The notes under the pieces are model-generated. The model worked only from the letters and a program-made list of their open reading frames with translations, was not told the origin of the DNA and ran no database searches. Shown here piece by piece: positions 1 to 8,939 of a DNA stretch of 64,000 nt (its first letter is position 1; the number at the start of each line of letters is the position of its first letter). The translations under genes were made by a program, and so were the position numbers. This DNA is from Candidatus Bipolaricaulota bacterium (lineage in GTDB: Bacteria > Patescibacteriota > Patescibacteriia > UBA11705 > DATKZF01): positions 5,751 through 69,750 of the forward strand of contig DATKZF010000002.1 in NCBI GenBank assembly GCA_035528115.1. Direction: 5' to 3'.

Positions 1-159
1 ACAAACAAAAAAGAACGGTGATAATCCGTTCGTTAAATCAATGAACCCGTCGGAACTGTCGCACAACACCGAGTATGCGGTTACGTGAAGAAGAAATTAT
101 TGACTTTTCTTTTCAATTTTAATTGGGCTCTTTTCAATTTTTTCTCTCAGAAATGAAGA

Positions 160-191
160 GGGGCAGGATTGCGAAGTTGCAATCCTGCCCC
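160..191 (-). terminator. hairpin ggggcaggattgc-gaagtt-gcaatcctgcccc downstream of small minus-strand ORF
   Basis: Perfect inverted repeat read directly. Downstream tract is only weakly U-rich. Confidence 0.3.
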
Positions 192-210
192 GATGTGGCA
201 CTGCGTCGTG

Positions 211-417
211 CTACGGCTTGAACTCGTCGCGCGTACCGATCTGACCCGGCTGCAGGTTGGAAGGCAGGGCGTCGGAATTCGTCGCCCATACGATCTTCCC
301 CGAACTCGAGGGGTACACCGGATCGCCACCGCTGCCGATGTGGACCGACTCACCCTGTCCCTTGCTGAAGCGGACGGGCTCACCCTGCCCACTCGTGAGA
401 TGCACACTTCTTGCCAT
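211..417 (-). CDS. small GC-rich hypothetical protein (68 aa, GQGEPV/GQGESV internal repeat) inside the split attC insertion
   Basis: ORF preceded by GGAGG 5 nt upstream of the ATG (minus strand). A perfect 13-bp-stem hairpin (160-191) follows its stop. Composition differs sharply from surroundings. Confidence 0.3.
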   Translation of the reverse strand: MARSVHLTSGQGEPVRFSKGQGESVHIGSGGDPVYPSSSGKIVWATNSDALPSNLQPGQIGTRDEFKP

Positions 418-796
418 GATGGCCTCCTATCTCCGTTACGGAGTATTTACTGAAGGTACAAGGATTTACCCAAAACGAGCTGTCCTCACCCTCAGGCAAA
501 GATACATTACACCACCCTATGTAATCTGTCAATGGTAGGGTGACCCACGACGAAAGAATTGAAAAGAGCCCTAAATTAAGGAAAAAAAATCAATAATTTC
601 TTCTTCACTCCACCCAAATCCCGCTCTTGAAATTGGAGGTTTGAAGTGATAAAATAGGTTTGTTGTTAAGTGAAAGTTTGTACTGTAAATGTAGGGCGGG
701 ACTTCGCATACTCGGGAACGTTAGCCGAAATTGGGCTGTTTTAATTCCTACATTTAAGATATAATTCACTTACTAATTAACCTAACCCAAATCATT

Positions 797-1411
797 ATGG
801 AATCAAAAAGCAATGTGTGGGCAATCGCCCTCGCCATCATCATCACCGCAGTTGTTGTCGGCGGTGGAATATACTGGTGGCAACAAGACAAAGTCGTTCA
901 GGAAACACCCTCAACGGTGACAACTGATACAACAGACACAACAACTGCGGACAAAGAGGAGCCAAAAGAACCTCTAACTTATTCAACAAGTGGCGTCTCC
1001 GCCTCTGTTTCAAAAACGACAGCACCATTTGGTTACACCTCTGATCAATTGGTTTCAATGGCAGAAGAATGCGGTAATAGTCAAACGGCAAGTTATTTCA
1101 GTAATTTGGTTTCTCAATTCAGCGGTGCAACCAAAACCGTCTACAACTTCAAATATACTGGTGCTAGCCAAGAATCTGACACTTTCGTCGTAACACTTTT
1201 ACCAAACGAAGCAGGCTACTCATCGCTTAATGATTTCAAAAAGGACTTTGATCAGTGTTACGCCGGCGGAGACGCTTATCCTAAAATGCTAAATAGTAAT
1301 TGGCTCCTCTTTGTCAACTCCTGCGGAACAGGTTTTGATGATGGCTCGGGCAAACCGATTGGATGCCAAGAAGTTCGTGATGTTGTAGAACCAACGCTTA
1401 AACTGAATTAA
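797..1411 (+). CDS. hypothetical membrane-anchored/secreted protein (cassette ORF)
   Basis: N-terminal hydrophobic helix AIALAIIITAVVVGGGIYWW, then Thr/Asp-rich linker. No recognisable catalytic motif. Confidence 0.5.
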   Translation: MESKSNVWAIALAIIITAVVVGGGIYWWQQDKVVQETPSTVTTDTTDTTTADKEEPKEPLTYSTSGVSASVSKTTAPFGYTSDQLVSMAEECGNSQTASYFSNLVSQFSGATKTVYNFKYTGASQESDTFVVTLLPNEAGYSSLNDFKKDFDQCYAGGDAYPKMLNSNWLLFVNSCGTGFDDGSGKPIGCQEVRDVVEPTLKLN

Positions 1412-1425
1412 AAAAACAGCCCAAC

Positions 1426-1554
1426 ATCGGCTAACACGCAGTATGCGGTTTCGCTCCCGTTGGTCGCTACACCCATATTTGGCAGTGGTAAGCTCCTCCG
1501 TCGCAAATTTTACCACTGCCAAACATCGCATACTGCGGAACGTTATGCGTAATC
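1426..1554 (+). repeat. attC-like structured repeat 1
   Basis: ggctaacacgcagtatgcgg ... ccgcatactgcggaacgttatgcgtaat. Inner hairpin tttggcagtggtaag/ttaccactgccaaa. Conserved cacccatattt module. Confidence 0.6.
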
Positions 1555-1969
1555 TCTTATTTTCCTTTGTTGTACCACCAAAGTAACCTGAGCACTTAAC
1601 GGGCTTTCCTTCGTTTAGCGAGGAAAAAACAAACTGAACAATTGCTTTGCAACTGTATATAACAAATACTAAACGGTTCGTTTCACTCTCCCAAATTTTT
1701 GCCAATGAACGGGGGATTTCTTTGCTAAATGTAACATCTAAGTAGTTACAATAAAAAGATTTAAATACTCTAGAGTACCTACCATTAACTATGAACTCAA
1801 AAACTACTATTAATGGAATTAAATCTTTAATCTTAGTAGTTATGGGTATGATGCTTTAAACGCATCACATTGTCTTTTCTCTTCTTAAAAATTTTTGAAG
1901 TTGGTTTCTCCTGTGGTGTTCATTTCTGATTAAAACCACCTATAAAAAAATAACTAGGAGGCATTAAAA

Positions 1970-3589
1970 ATGAAAACCGAAACAAGAATAATAACTGCAG
2001 CACTTCCCTTTGTAAATAATATCCCTCATCTGGGTAATATTATTGGTAGCCATCTTCCGGCAGACATATTTGCAAGATTTTGCAGATTGAAGAATTATAG
2101 AACCATTTTTGTTGGAGGTACTGATGAGCATGGCACAGCAATAGAGTTTGCTGCACAAATCCAAAAGAAAACACCAGAACAATTATGTACTGAACTATAC
2201 CAAGAACATAAAGAAATTTATGATTGGTTTAAGATTAGTTACGACAATTTCTCCAGAACTTCAAGAACAATCCATCATGAATTAGTCAAAGACTTTTTCC
2301 TTAAATTATACAAAAACGGATTTATAACAGAAAAAACCATCAAAATTCCATTTTGCCTAAAATGTAAAAAAGGATTAGCAGATAGATATATTACGGGAAT
2401 TTGCCCTCACTGTAGTTATGAGCAGGCAAATGGAGATCAATGTGAAAAATGTGCTACTTTAATTGATCCAATAGAATTAATTAATGCTCATTGTTCTGTC
2501 TGCAAATCAAAAGAAGTAGAATTTAGAGATACTAAACATTTATTTCTGGATTTAAGAAGTATTTCTGGAGATATTGAAAAATGGATTGATAATAATAAAA
2601 ACCTCCGACAACAAGTTAGGAATCTTGCAAAGGGATGGTTAAAACAGGGAATCCAAGAAAGATGTATTACTAGAGATTTAAAATGGGGTGTTCAAGTTCC
2701 TTTAGAAGAATATAAAGACAAAGTATTCTACGTTTGGTTTGATAATGTGATTGGATACATTTCTGCAACTTATGAACTTTTAGGTGAGGAAGCACTTGAA
2801 CTTTGGAAAGATAAAAATGTAAAGACATACTATTTTCTTGGAAAAGACAATATCCCTTTCCATACTATCTTTTGGCCTGGACAAATAATCGGACAAAAAG
2901 AATTTGTCTTGCCTTATAATGTAGTTGGCTACCAATATCTTAATTTTGAGGGACAAAAATTTTCAAAAAGTAAGAAAATAGGGATATTTTCAGATCAAGT
3001 AAAAAATAGTAATGTTCCTCTTGATTATTGGAGATTTTATTTAACAAACATTCTTCCAGAAACCAAAGACACTGATTTTTCAGTTGAAGATTTTCAAGAA
3101 AGAATCAATAAAGAACTTATTGGCAACTTTGGAAATTTTGTAAACAGAACCTTAAATTTCATCTGGAATAAGTTTGATGGTAAAGTACCCAAAATCTCTA
3201 ATATTGACGAAGAACTAGAAAAAGAAATCAATCAAAGAATAAAAAAGATTGAGGAATGTTACGAAAAATGTGATCTTCGGGAAGTGCTGCAGGAAATTCT
3301 AAAATTATCAGATTTGGGAAACCAGTATTTCAACAAAAAAGAACCTTGGAAAACAGGTGATAAAGATTGCTTAGCATACTGCTATGAACTTTGCAGAATA
3401 CTATCAGTATTGTTTTCTCCAATAATTCCAGACTCAACTGAGAAATTAAGAATTTTGTTGAATACTGAATATAAAGAGTTGAAAATAAACGGAAGGGAAA
3501 AGACAATTAACAAACCTGAAATCTTATTCAAGAAATTAGAGAATGAAGATTTGGACGAGTTTAAACTTAAAGCAAAGAAATCCCCTTGA
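1970..3589 (+). CDS. metG: methionyl-tRNA synthetase (no C-terminal tRNA-binding extension)
   Basis: Class I aaRS HIGH-type motif HLGN, KFSKS (KMSKS) motif, two Cys knuckles CPHC...CEKC and CSVC. AGGAGG RBS 7 nt upstream. Confidence 0.9.
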   Translation: MKTETRIITAALPFVNNIPHLGNIIGSHLPADIFARFCRLKNYRTIFVGGTDEHGTAIEFAAQIQKKTPEQLCTELYQEHKEIYDWFKISYDNFSRTSRTIHHELVKDFFLKLYKNGFITEKTIKIPFCLKCKKGLADRYITGICPHCSYEQANGDQCEKCATLIDPIELINAHCSVCKSKEVEFRDTKHLFLDLRSISGDIEKWIDNNKNLRQQVRNLAKGWLKQGIQERCITRDLKWGVQVPLEEYKDKVFYVWFDNVIGYISATYELLGEEALELWKDKNVKTYYFLGKDNIPFHTIFWPGQIIGQKEFVLPYNVVGYQYLNFEGQKFSKSKKIGIFSDQVKNSNVPLDYWRFYLTNILPETKDTDFSVEDFQERINKELIGNFGNFVNRTLNFIWNKFDGKVPKISNIDEELEKEINQRIKKIEECYEKCDLREVLQEILKLSDLGNQYFNKKEPWKTGDKDCLAYCYELCRILSVLFSPIIPDSTEKLRILLNTEYKELKINGREKTINKPEILFKKLENEDLDEFKLKAKKSP

Positions 3590-3693
3590 GATAGTCTCGC
3601 TTTGCTCGTGAAATAATAGGTTCATTGGCAAAAACTACGGAAAGCCCTGTGCTCAGGAAAATAAGAGACTTCTCCGTTCCCTTCGGTCACTAC

Positions 3694-3824
3694 GACCACG
3701 CTGCGCTCTCCTCCTTTGGTCGTCGGGACGCATAACAGCGATTATCCGAGAAATCCCTCGGCTCGGGATTTCTCCAAATTTTGGCTACGCCAAAACTTCG
3801 GATAATCGCGATGTTAGGTGAAAT
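3694..3824 (+). repeat. attC-like structured repeat 2 with upstream conserved module ccacgctgcgctctcctcctttggtcgtcggg
   Basis: gcataacagcgattatccgag ... cggataatcgcgatgttaggtgaaat. Inner hairpin ttttggctacgccaaaa. Confidence 0.6.
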
Positions 3825-3943
3825 GCCCTTATTGGCTACTATTAATATGATTTTCCAATGGTTGATTTAAGCACTTTTATTAGTAAATGGATTATTATGA
3901 TAAACTAAATTCACTTAATTTATAAATTTTTAAGTTACCAATT

Positions 3944-5149
3944 ATGTCTAATACCGACCACAGAATCAAAGCTTATAATCCATCGGGTTTTTTTTGGATG
4001 AGTTTACTTTTTAGCCCTATGTGCGTTTTGATTATGAAATATCAAAACAGCAAAACTTTACCTAATGGCAAACTAATTAGGAAGCAAACAAATAAGTATT
4101 TATGGATTTTTATTTTTATACTTCTTGTGATTTTTGCATCCATTTTTTGGGAATCTTACACTTTAGCAAAGTGGGCGTATGATCAAAATAATGCACTTCT
4201 TTTAATCGAAATTAATACTTGGGGTTTTGATTTACATTCTGTTAAAACAGCGCTAAATGAATCTGCAAAACAATCACCTATTTTAAATGCTGCTATAAAC
4301 ATGAGCGATTACAGATCAATTTTCAATTTTATTGCCTGGATAATTTTTGCTTATTTTCTTGGCACCTCAGCTAAAACAACAGAATTGCCTGAATTCAATA
4401 AACTTAAGGAAAGCAAGAAATTGTACTCAAAAGCTCCGCTCCTTCCTATTATTCTTGGTATTGTAATTTTAGTAGGCGTTAATTATGCAATGGTTTATAG
4501 TTCCGCCTACAGTGCAAGCTATACCGCCAAGTATTTTTCACCAAAAACCAATGATTTGTTTGCGGAAGAAGAAGTTCCTCCAACAGAAGAAGGTAATTTA
4601 AATGAAATCACACCTCCATCAATTACCGATGATTCAGATAATGATTTAGTTATAAAAGAAGACGTTACTCCAACAGAAGAAAGTAATGTTTCAGTTAATA
4701 ATATTCAATTAAGCAATAAAACATTTACACTAAAATATCCAAAAGATTATCAATTCGAGAAAATTGATGACAGAAACTATTTAATAAAAAAAGGAGGGAA
4801 TGAACTCTGGAAAATAAACTTCAGAACCCTTGCTGATGTTGAAGAGTTAGACAAAAAATGCCCGCCAGATGACTGCATGCGTAACGAAGTTCCTCTGATA
4901 CAAACTGATCGGTTTGAATATGAAATGAAATTATGGAAGGTTAAGGCAGATGCACAAAAGGATATTAATAAGGTAGATTTTGAATTTGATAGCTATCCAG
5001 TAGGCCACGATGTTGGTTATTTTCATTCATTTTCAAAATATTTCGATGATGTCAGAGTTGCATTTACAGGATATGACCCCAGTGATACTGGCTCAGCTTC
5101 ATTCGATTTTATGGCCGAATTTGGCTTGTTGATAGAATTCACTTACTGA
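3944..5149 (+). CDS. hypothetical integral membrane protein
   Basis: Several predicted TM helices in the N-terminal half, then an acidic Pro/Thr/Glu linker and a C-terminal globular region. Shares a cassette with the next ORF (no repeat between them). Confidence 0.45.
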   Translation: MSNTDHRIKAYNPSGFFWMSLLFSPMCVLIMKYQNSKTLPNGKLIRKQTNKYLWIFIFILLVIFASIFWESYTLAKWAYDQNNALLLIEINTWGFDLHSVKTALNESAKQSPILNAAINMSDYRSIFNFIAWIIFAYFLGTSAKTTELPEFNKLKESKKLYSKAPLLPIILGIVILVGVNYAMVYSSAYSASYTAKYFSPKTNDLFAEEEVPPTEEGNLNEITPPSITDDSDNDLVIKEDVTPTEESNVSVNNIQLSNKTFTLKYPKDYQFEKIDDRNYLIKKGGNELWKINFRTLADVEELDKKCPPDDCMRNEVPLIQTDRFEYEMKLWKVKADAQKDINKVDFEFDSYPVGHDVGYFHSFSKYFDDVRVAFTGYDPSDTGSASFDFMAEFGLLIEFTY

Positions 5150-5179
5150 AAGCTACAAAATTAACAACTTATAAGTAAA

Positions 5180-5899
5180 ATGAAATTAGAACATTACCTA
5201 CAGGAAAACTTTAAAGAACCAAATTTATCTGCGCTGCCCAGATATTTAAAGCTGTCTATTTTTTGGCCTAATTTTTTTAGAAAATTGATCAATAGCTCTG
5301 AATTTAAAGGCTACACTGGTAAATTGATAGGCATAGCTATTCTTTTGGTTGAATTTGGAGTTATTTATTATGTTGTGAATTTATTTTCCATTCTTTTTGT
5401 CTATGGATACTATTCTTTGATTTATTTTCTTGATGGAGAGTTGTTGAACTCTTATAAAAGCATTGAGCATTTAAAACATTATCAAAATTACGTATTTTAC
5501 TGGCTCAATTATTTATTTAGCTTACCGAGTAATATTATTTTACAAAGCCTGCTTTATACTGCGATTGTTTATGCAGAGACTGCCGTTGGTTCGTTCCTAG
5601 TTGCAATTTGGCTTAGGAATAATAAGGACATAAAATTTAAGAAAAAAATAGTTGCTAACTATCCGAATGTTGATTCTTTTAAAGCTTTTTATTCTAAAAA
5701 CGACTTTAAAGAGGCGGCTAAAATCCTCAAGGAATACAAAAGTGCGACGTATTCTCAATTAATCAAAAAGTATCCCAAAAAGATTATCGATTTATTAGTG
5801 CTCGGTGATCACATTTCTTTTGTTGGCGGTAAAAAATTAACCAGAATGGCGTGCATTAAATGTATTGAAGAGGACAAAGATGAGTGTAATTGTAAGTAA
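5180..5899 (+). CDS. hypothetical membrane protein with C-terminal Cys cluster (CIKCIEEDKDECNCK)
   Basis: Hydrophobic helices at residues ~45-140. 30 bp downstream of previous ORF. Confidence 0.4.
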   Translation: MKLEHYLQENFKEPNLSALPRYLKLSIFWPNFFRKLINSSEFKGYTGKLIGIAILLVEFGVIYYVVNLFSILFVYGYYSLIYFLDGELLNSYKSIEHLKHYQNYVFYWLNYLFSLPSNIILQSLLYTAIVYAETAVGSFLVAIWLRNNKDIKFKKKIVANYPNVDSFKAFYSKNDFKEAAKILKEYKSATYSQLIKKYPKKIIDLLVLGDHISFVGGKKLTRMACIKCIEEDKDECNCK

Positions 5900-5944
5900 A
5901 TACTAAAAGTGCTTAAATCTTTGCTTGAGAAACAATAAGGGCAC

Positions 5945-6100
5945 AACACCTAACAAAGTTTGTGGGGTTCATAAATTTCGCTAATTTGATGCTTAAATAG
6001 CGGTACCAAAATTTATTCTCCCAAATGCTTCGGCGGTGAGTCGCTCCGCTCCAAATTATACCGCCTCGCACTTCCCACAAACAGAAACGTTATACGACAT
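5945..6100 (+). repeat. attC-like structured repeat 3
   Basis: cacctaacaaagtttgtgggg ... cccacaaacagaaacgttatacgacat. Internal ctccaaatt and gcttcggcgg hairpin. Confidence 0.55.
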
Positions 6101-6147
6101 ATGACTTCGGGGGCACATTTATATATTACAAAGTTTATTTTTAAAAT

Positions 6148-6909
6148 ATGAAACCCATTTACATTAAAAAAGAGGTCGCACTCAAAAAAGTTTCAGCAAA
6201 ATACAAGCCAATTGTTAAAGATGTTAAATCTGAATTGCTGAAATTTTCTGATAAGATTCACAGCATTTATTTGTATGGAAGTGTTGCCACAGGAAAAGCA
6301 AAATCTCCAACCTCTGATTTAGATTTAGTTGTGGTTCTAAAAGCAAAACCAACATCAAAACTTAAAACTCAATTAAAAGAATTAGAAAATTCACTATCAC
6401 AAAAATATCAAAAAATATTCAGAGAAGTTGGTTTTGCAATCACTTACAAAAATGAAGTTTTAAGAGGCAAAGAAGCATTCGGTTGGAGATTTTTTCTCAC
6501 AATTTTAAGCGTGAAAATTTTTGGAGATAATCTTTTTCAAAAAGAAATGAAGTTTAGCCCGACAAATAAATTAGCAAGAAATCTGCATTCAGATGTTGAT
6601 GAAAATATTGAAGAAGCAAAGAAAAAAATCAAATCTTCAAACGATCAAGAGGCTAAACTTCAAATAAAATCAATAATGAAAAAGATTATCAGGACAGCCT
6701 TCTCTATTGTCATGCAGGATGAGAATTATTGGACTACTGATCTTGATGAAATGACAAAAATTTTCACTAAACATTATCCTGAAAAGAAACAACAAATAAA
6801 TGCTGTTTTGAAATTAGCAAAAAGCAAATCGCCAGATAAAAAGAGTGCGACCTCAATTCTTAATAATTTTGGTAAATGGGTTTCATCGGAATATTTTAAA
6901 AGAGTGTAA
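6148..6909 (+). CDS. nucleotidyltransferase, AadA/ANT(3'')(9)-like aminoglycoside adenylyltransferase fold
   Basis: N-terminal Pol-beta NTase motif LYGSVATGKAKSPTSDLDLVVVL (hG[GS]...DhDh) and ~150-aa helical C-terminal domain, as in AadA. Classic integron cassette gene class. Confidence 0.6.
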   Translation: MKPIYIKKEVALKKVSAKYKPIVKDVKSELLKFSDKIHSIYLYGSVATGKAKSPTSDLDLVVVLKAKPTSKLKTQLKELENSLSQKYQKIFREVGFAITYKNEVLRGKEAFGWRFFLTILSVKIFGDNLFQKEMKFSPTNKLARNLHSDVDENIEEAKKKIKSSNDQEAKLQIKSIMKKIIRTAFSIVMQDENYWTTDLDEMTKIFTKHYPEKKQQINAVLKLAKSKSPDKKSATSILNNFGKWVSSEYFKRV

Positions 6910-6911
6910 TG

Positions 6912-7093
6912 TGCCCCCTGCGTCATACGCTGCGCTCCACTTCGTTACGCTTGGGGACGCTGCGCTTTCGTCGCTACGCTCCTCACCCTCGTATAACAAG
7001 GATTATGAGGAAAATGGCTCGGCTCGCCATTTTCCCAAATTTGCTCCACTTCGTTCCGCAAACTTCTCATAATCCTGACGTTATACGCAATTC
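6912..7093 (+). repeat. attC-like structured repeat 4 with upstream GC-rich module
   Basis: cgtataacaaggattatgagg ... cctcataatcctgacgttatacgcaat. Upstream cgctgcgctc module shared with repeats 2 and 5. Confidence 0.55.
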
Positions 7094-7240
7094 AAAAAAT
7101 ATTTTTCTTAAGGTAAAATGATGATAGGCTTTCTAAAAGGAATAAATTTGATTTTTTCTTTATTATAGAGGGGGATAATATTGTGTTTTCTCCGCTACAA
7201 AAACGATTTATTTATAAATTTTAGATTCTAAACATAAAGT

Positions 7241-8046
7241 ATGGAAACAATAATTAGAAAAGATTCGGAAATTAAAGGGAAACACTCGCTGTTTTTTGTG
7301 GAGTTCATGGAAATGAGAAAGCTGGAGTATATGCGGTAAATAAAATTCTAAATAATATTGAAATCAAAACAGGAATTGTTTATTTTGTTTTTGCTAATCC
7401 TAAGGCTATTGAAGAAAACAAAAGATTTATTGATAAGAATTTAAACAGATGTTTTTTTGATAATCAAAATGGTGAGTCTTATGAAGAAAAAAGAGCAAAA
7501 GATTTAATTAAAATTTTAGAATTATCCGATGCCCTTCTTGATGTTCATGCAAACAATAGTCCAGAGACCATACCATTTGTAATTACCGACAATGGTTTTG
7601 ATGTAGTCAAAAATATGAATTTTGAAATTATTGCTACTGGTTTTGATAATCTTGAACCTGGGGCAACTGATGGATTCATGAAAAACAAAGGGAAAATAGG
7701 AGTTTGTATAGAGTGTGGATATTCTGGCAAAAGCGAAGAAAATATAGATATAGCATACAATTCGATTATTCAATTTTTACAACATTTTAATGCTATAGAC
7801 CACATAATCCCAAGCTATAATATCAAACAAAAAGTATTACATGTTGATAAAGTTCAAAAAGTAACATCAAAAGAGTTTAGTCTAATAAAGACATTTAAGG
7901 ATTTTGAAATAATTAAAAAAGGTTTTGTTATTGCTAAAGACGAAATGAATGAATATTCTGCTGACAAGGATAGAGTAATTTTATTTGGAACGCCTGGAAA
8001 GCCGATTGGAGCAGAAGCATATATTTTAGGTACTTGGATAGAATAA
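7241..8046 (+). pseudogene. succinylglutamate desuccinylase/aspartoacylase (AstE/AspA, M14-like) family gene, frameshifted
   Basis: ATG frame gives METIIRKDSEIKGKHSLFF then a stop. The +1 frame continues VFCGVHGNEKAGVYAVNKIL (HGNE zinc-ligand motif) through to DHIIPSYNIKQ...ILGTWIE. The break falls in a T6 homopolymer at 7292-7297. A T7 run would restore one ORF. Confidence 0.6.
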
Positions 8047-8173
8047 GGAGTTTTGAAAATGAAATTCACCCCCAACCCCTCTTTCATTTTTCAAAACGGA
8101 AAAAATCAAATTTATAAGAAATGAAGAAAGCATATCATAATGAATAAGAACGAAAAATATTTTTTGAACTCAA

Positions 8174-8315
8174 GCCACGCTGCGCTCTCCTCCTTTCAGT
8201 CGTCGGGGCGTATAACAAGGGATATACGGTTCAGCCCTCGGCTCGAGCATCACCCAAATTTTTCTTTCGCTTACGCTACAGAAAAACTTCGTATATCCCA
8301 AACGTTAGGCGAAAT
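8174..8315 (+). repeat. attC-like structured repeat 5 with upstream module ccacgctgcgctctcctcctttcagtcgtcgggg
   Basis: cgtataacaagggatatacgg ... cgtatatcccaaacgttaggcgaaat. Confidence 0.6.
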
Positions 8316-8396
8316 TGCTTTTTGCTTTTACAAAGAAGAAGGCCACCGACGATGTCGCCGATGGCCTTGTGGATCTGGGGTGCGGGCGGCTCCTCG

Positions 8397-8552
8397 CTAA
8401 CCCTTCTTTGACCAGGGAAAGTCCGAAGCGAACCAGATCAGGAGGATGATGGCCCAGAGTGGGCTCGCTGACTGTGTGATGTACATCCCATAGCCGATGA
8501 GTCCTGCGCCACTGACCAGAGCCACGGCGCCACCTACGTCCTTCGCGTTCAT
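8397..8552 (-). CDS. small hydrophobic peptide (51 aa, two predicted TM helices), GC-rich, reverse-oriented in cassette
   Basis: Minus-strand ORF MNAKDVGGAVALVSGAGLIGYGMYITQSASPLWAIILLIWFASDFPWSKKG with GAGGT 6 nt upstream. Below the 60-aa ORF-track cutoff. About 60 % GC versus about 30 % around it. Confidence 0.3.
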   Translation of the reverse strand: MNAKDVGGAVALVSGAGLIGYGMYITQSASPLWAIILLIWFASDFPWSKKG

Positions 8553-8754
8553 GAGGTACCTCGCTAGTTGCGAAAAAACAGATCCCCAACCATGAGGAGC
8601 CGCCCTTTCTGGTTGACAGAAAAACTACTCCAAACCACGTTTGGACAATGACTTTAACATATTACTACATCTAAGTCAACCCCTCACCGAGCAAAAAGCA
8701 ATTTGTTCGCTCCGCTCACATTTGCTCCCGCTGGTCGCAAATTAAAAAAGCAAC

Positions 8755-8891
8755 TACGCCTAACACTGCATAGCCGGCTCGTTCTTTTCCGAAAGAGCTC
8801 ACCCAAATTGCCTCCTCAACAAATATGGTGTAAAATTCTACCACACTTATCTCGTCGGCAACTTCGGCTATGCAGGAACGTTAGCTGAAAT
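8755..8891 (+). repeat. attC-like structured repeat 6
   Basis: cgcctaacactgcatagccgg ... ccggctatgcaggaacgttagctgaaat. Inner hairpin tggtgtaaaattctaccaca. Confidence 0.6.
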
Positions 8892-8939
8892 AGCCTCAAA
8901 TCCTTTCTTGTTTGTAGAAACTCACTAAATAGTAAATAT

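Larger units (their letters stand above)
59..731 (+). repeat. split attC-like site whose two halves bracket a ~620-bp palindromic insertion
   Basis: 5' half cgcacaacaccgagtatgcgg (59-80) pairs with 3' half cgcatactcgggaacgttagccgaaat (702-731). Long terminal inverted repeats lie between them (85-139 vs 558-608), flanking a GC-rich core. Confidence 0.5.

Noticed and set aside
59-731. Group II intron or IS1111-family element interrupting the attC-like site
   Set aside because: The insertion is only ~620 bp and encodes neither reverse transcriptase nor transposase. Only a 68-aa ORF is present.
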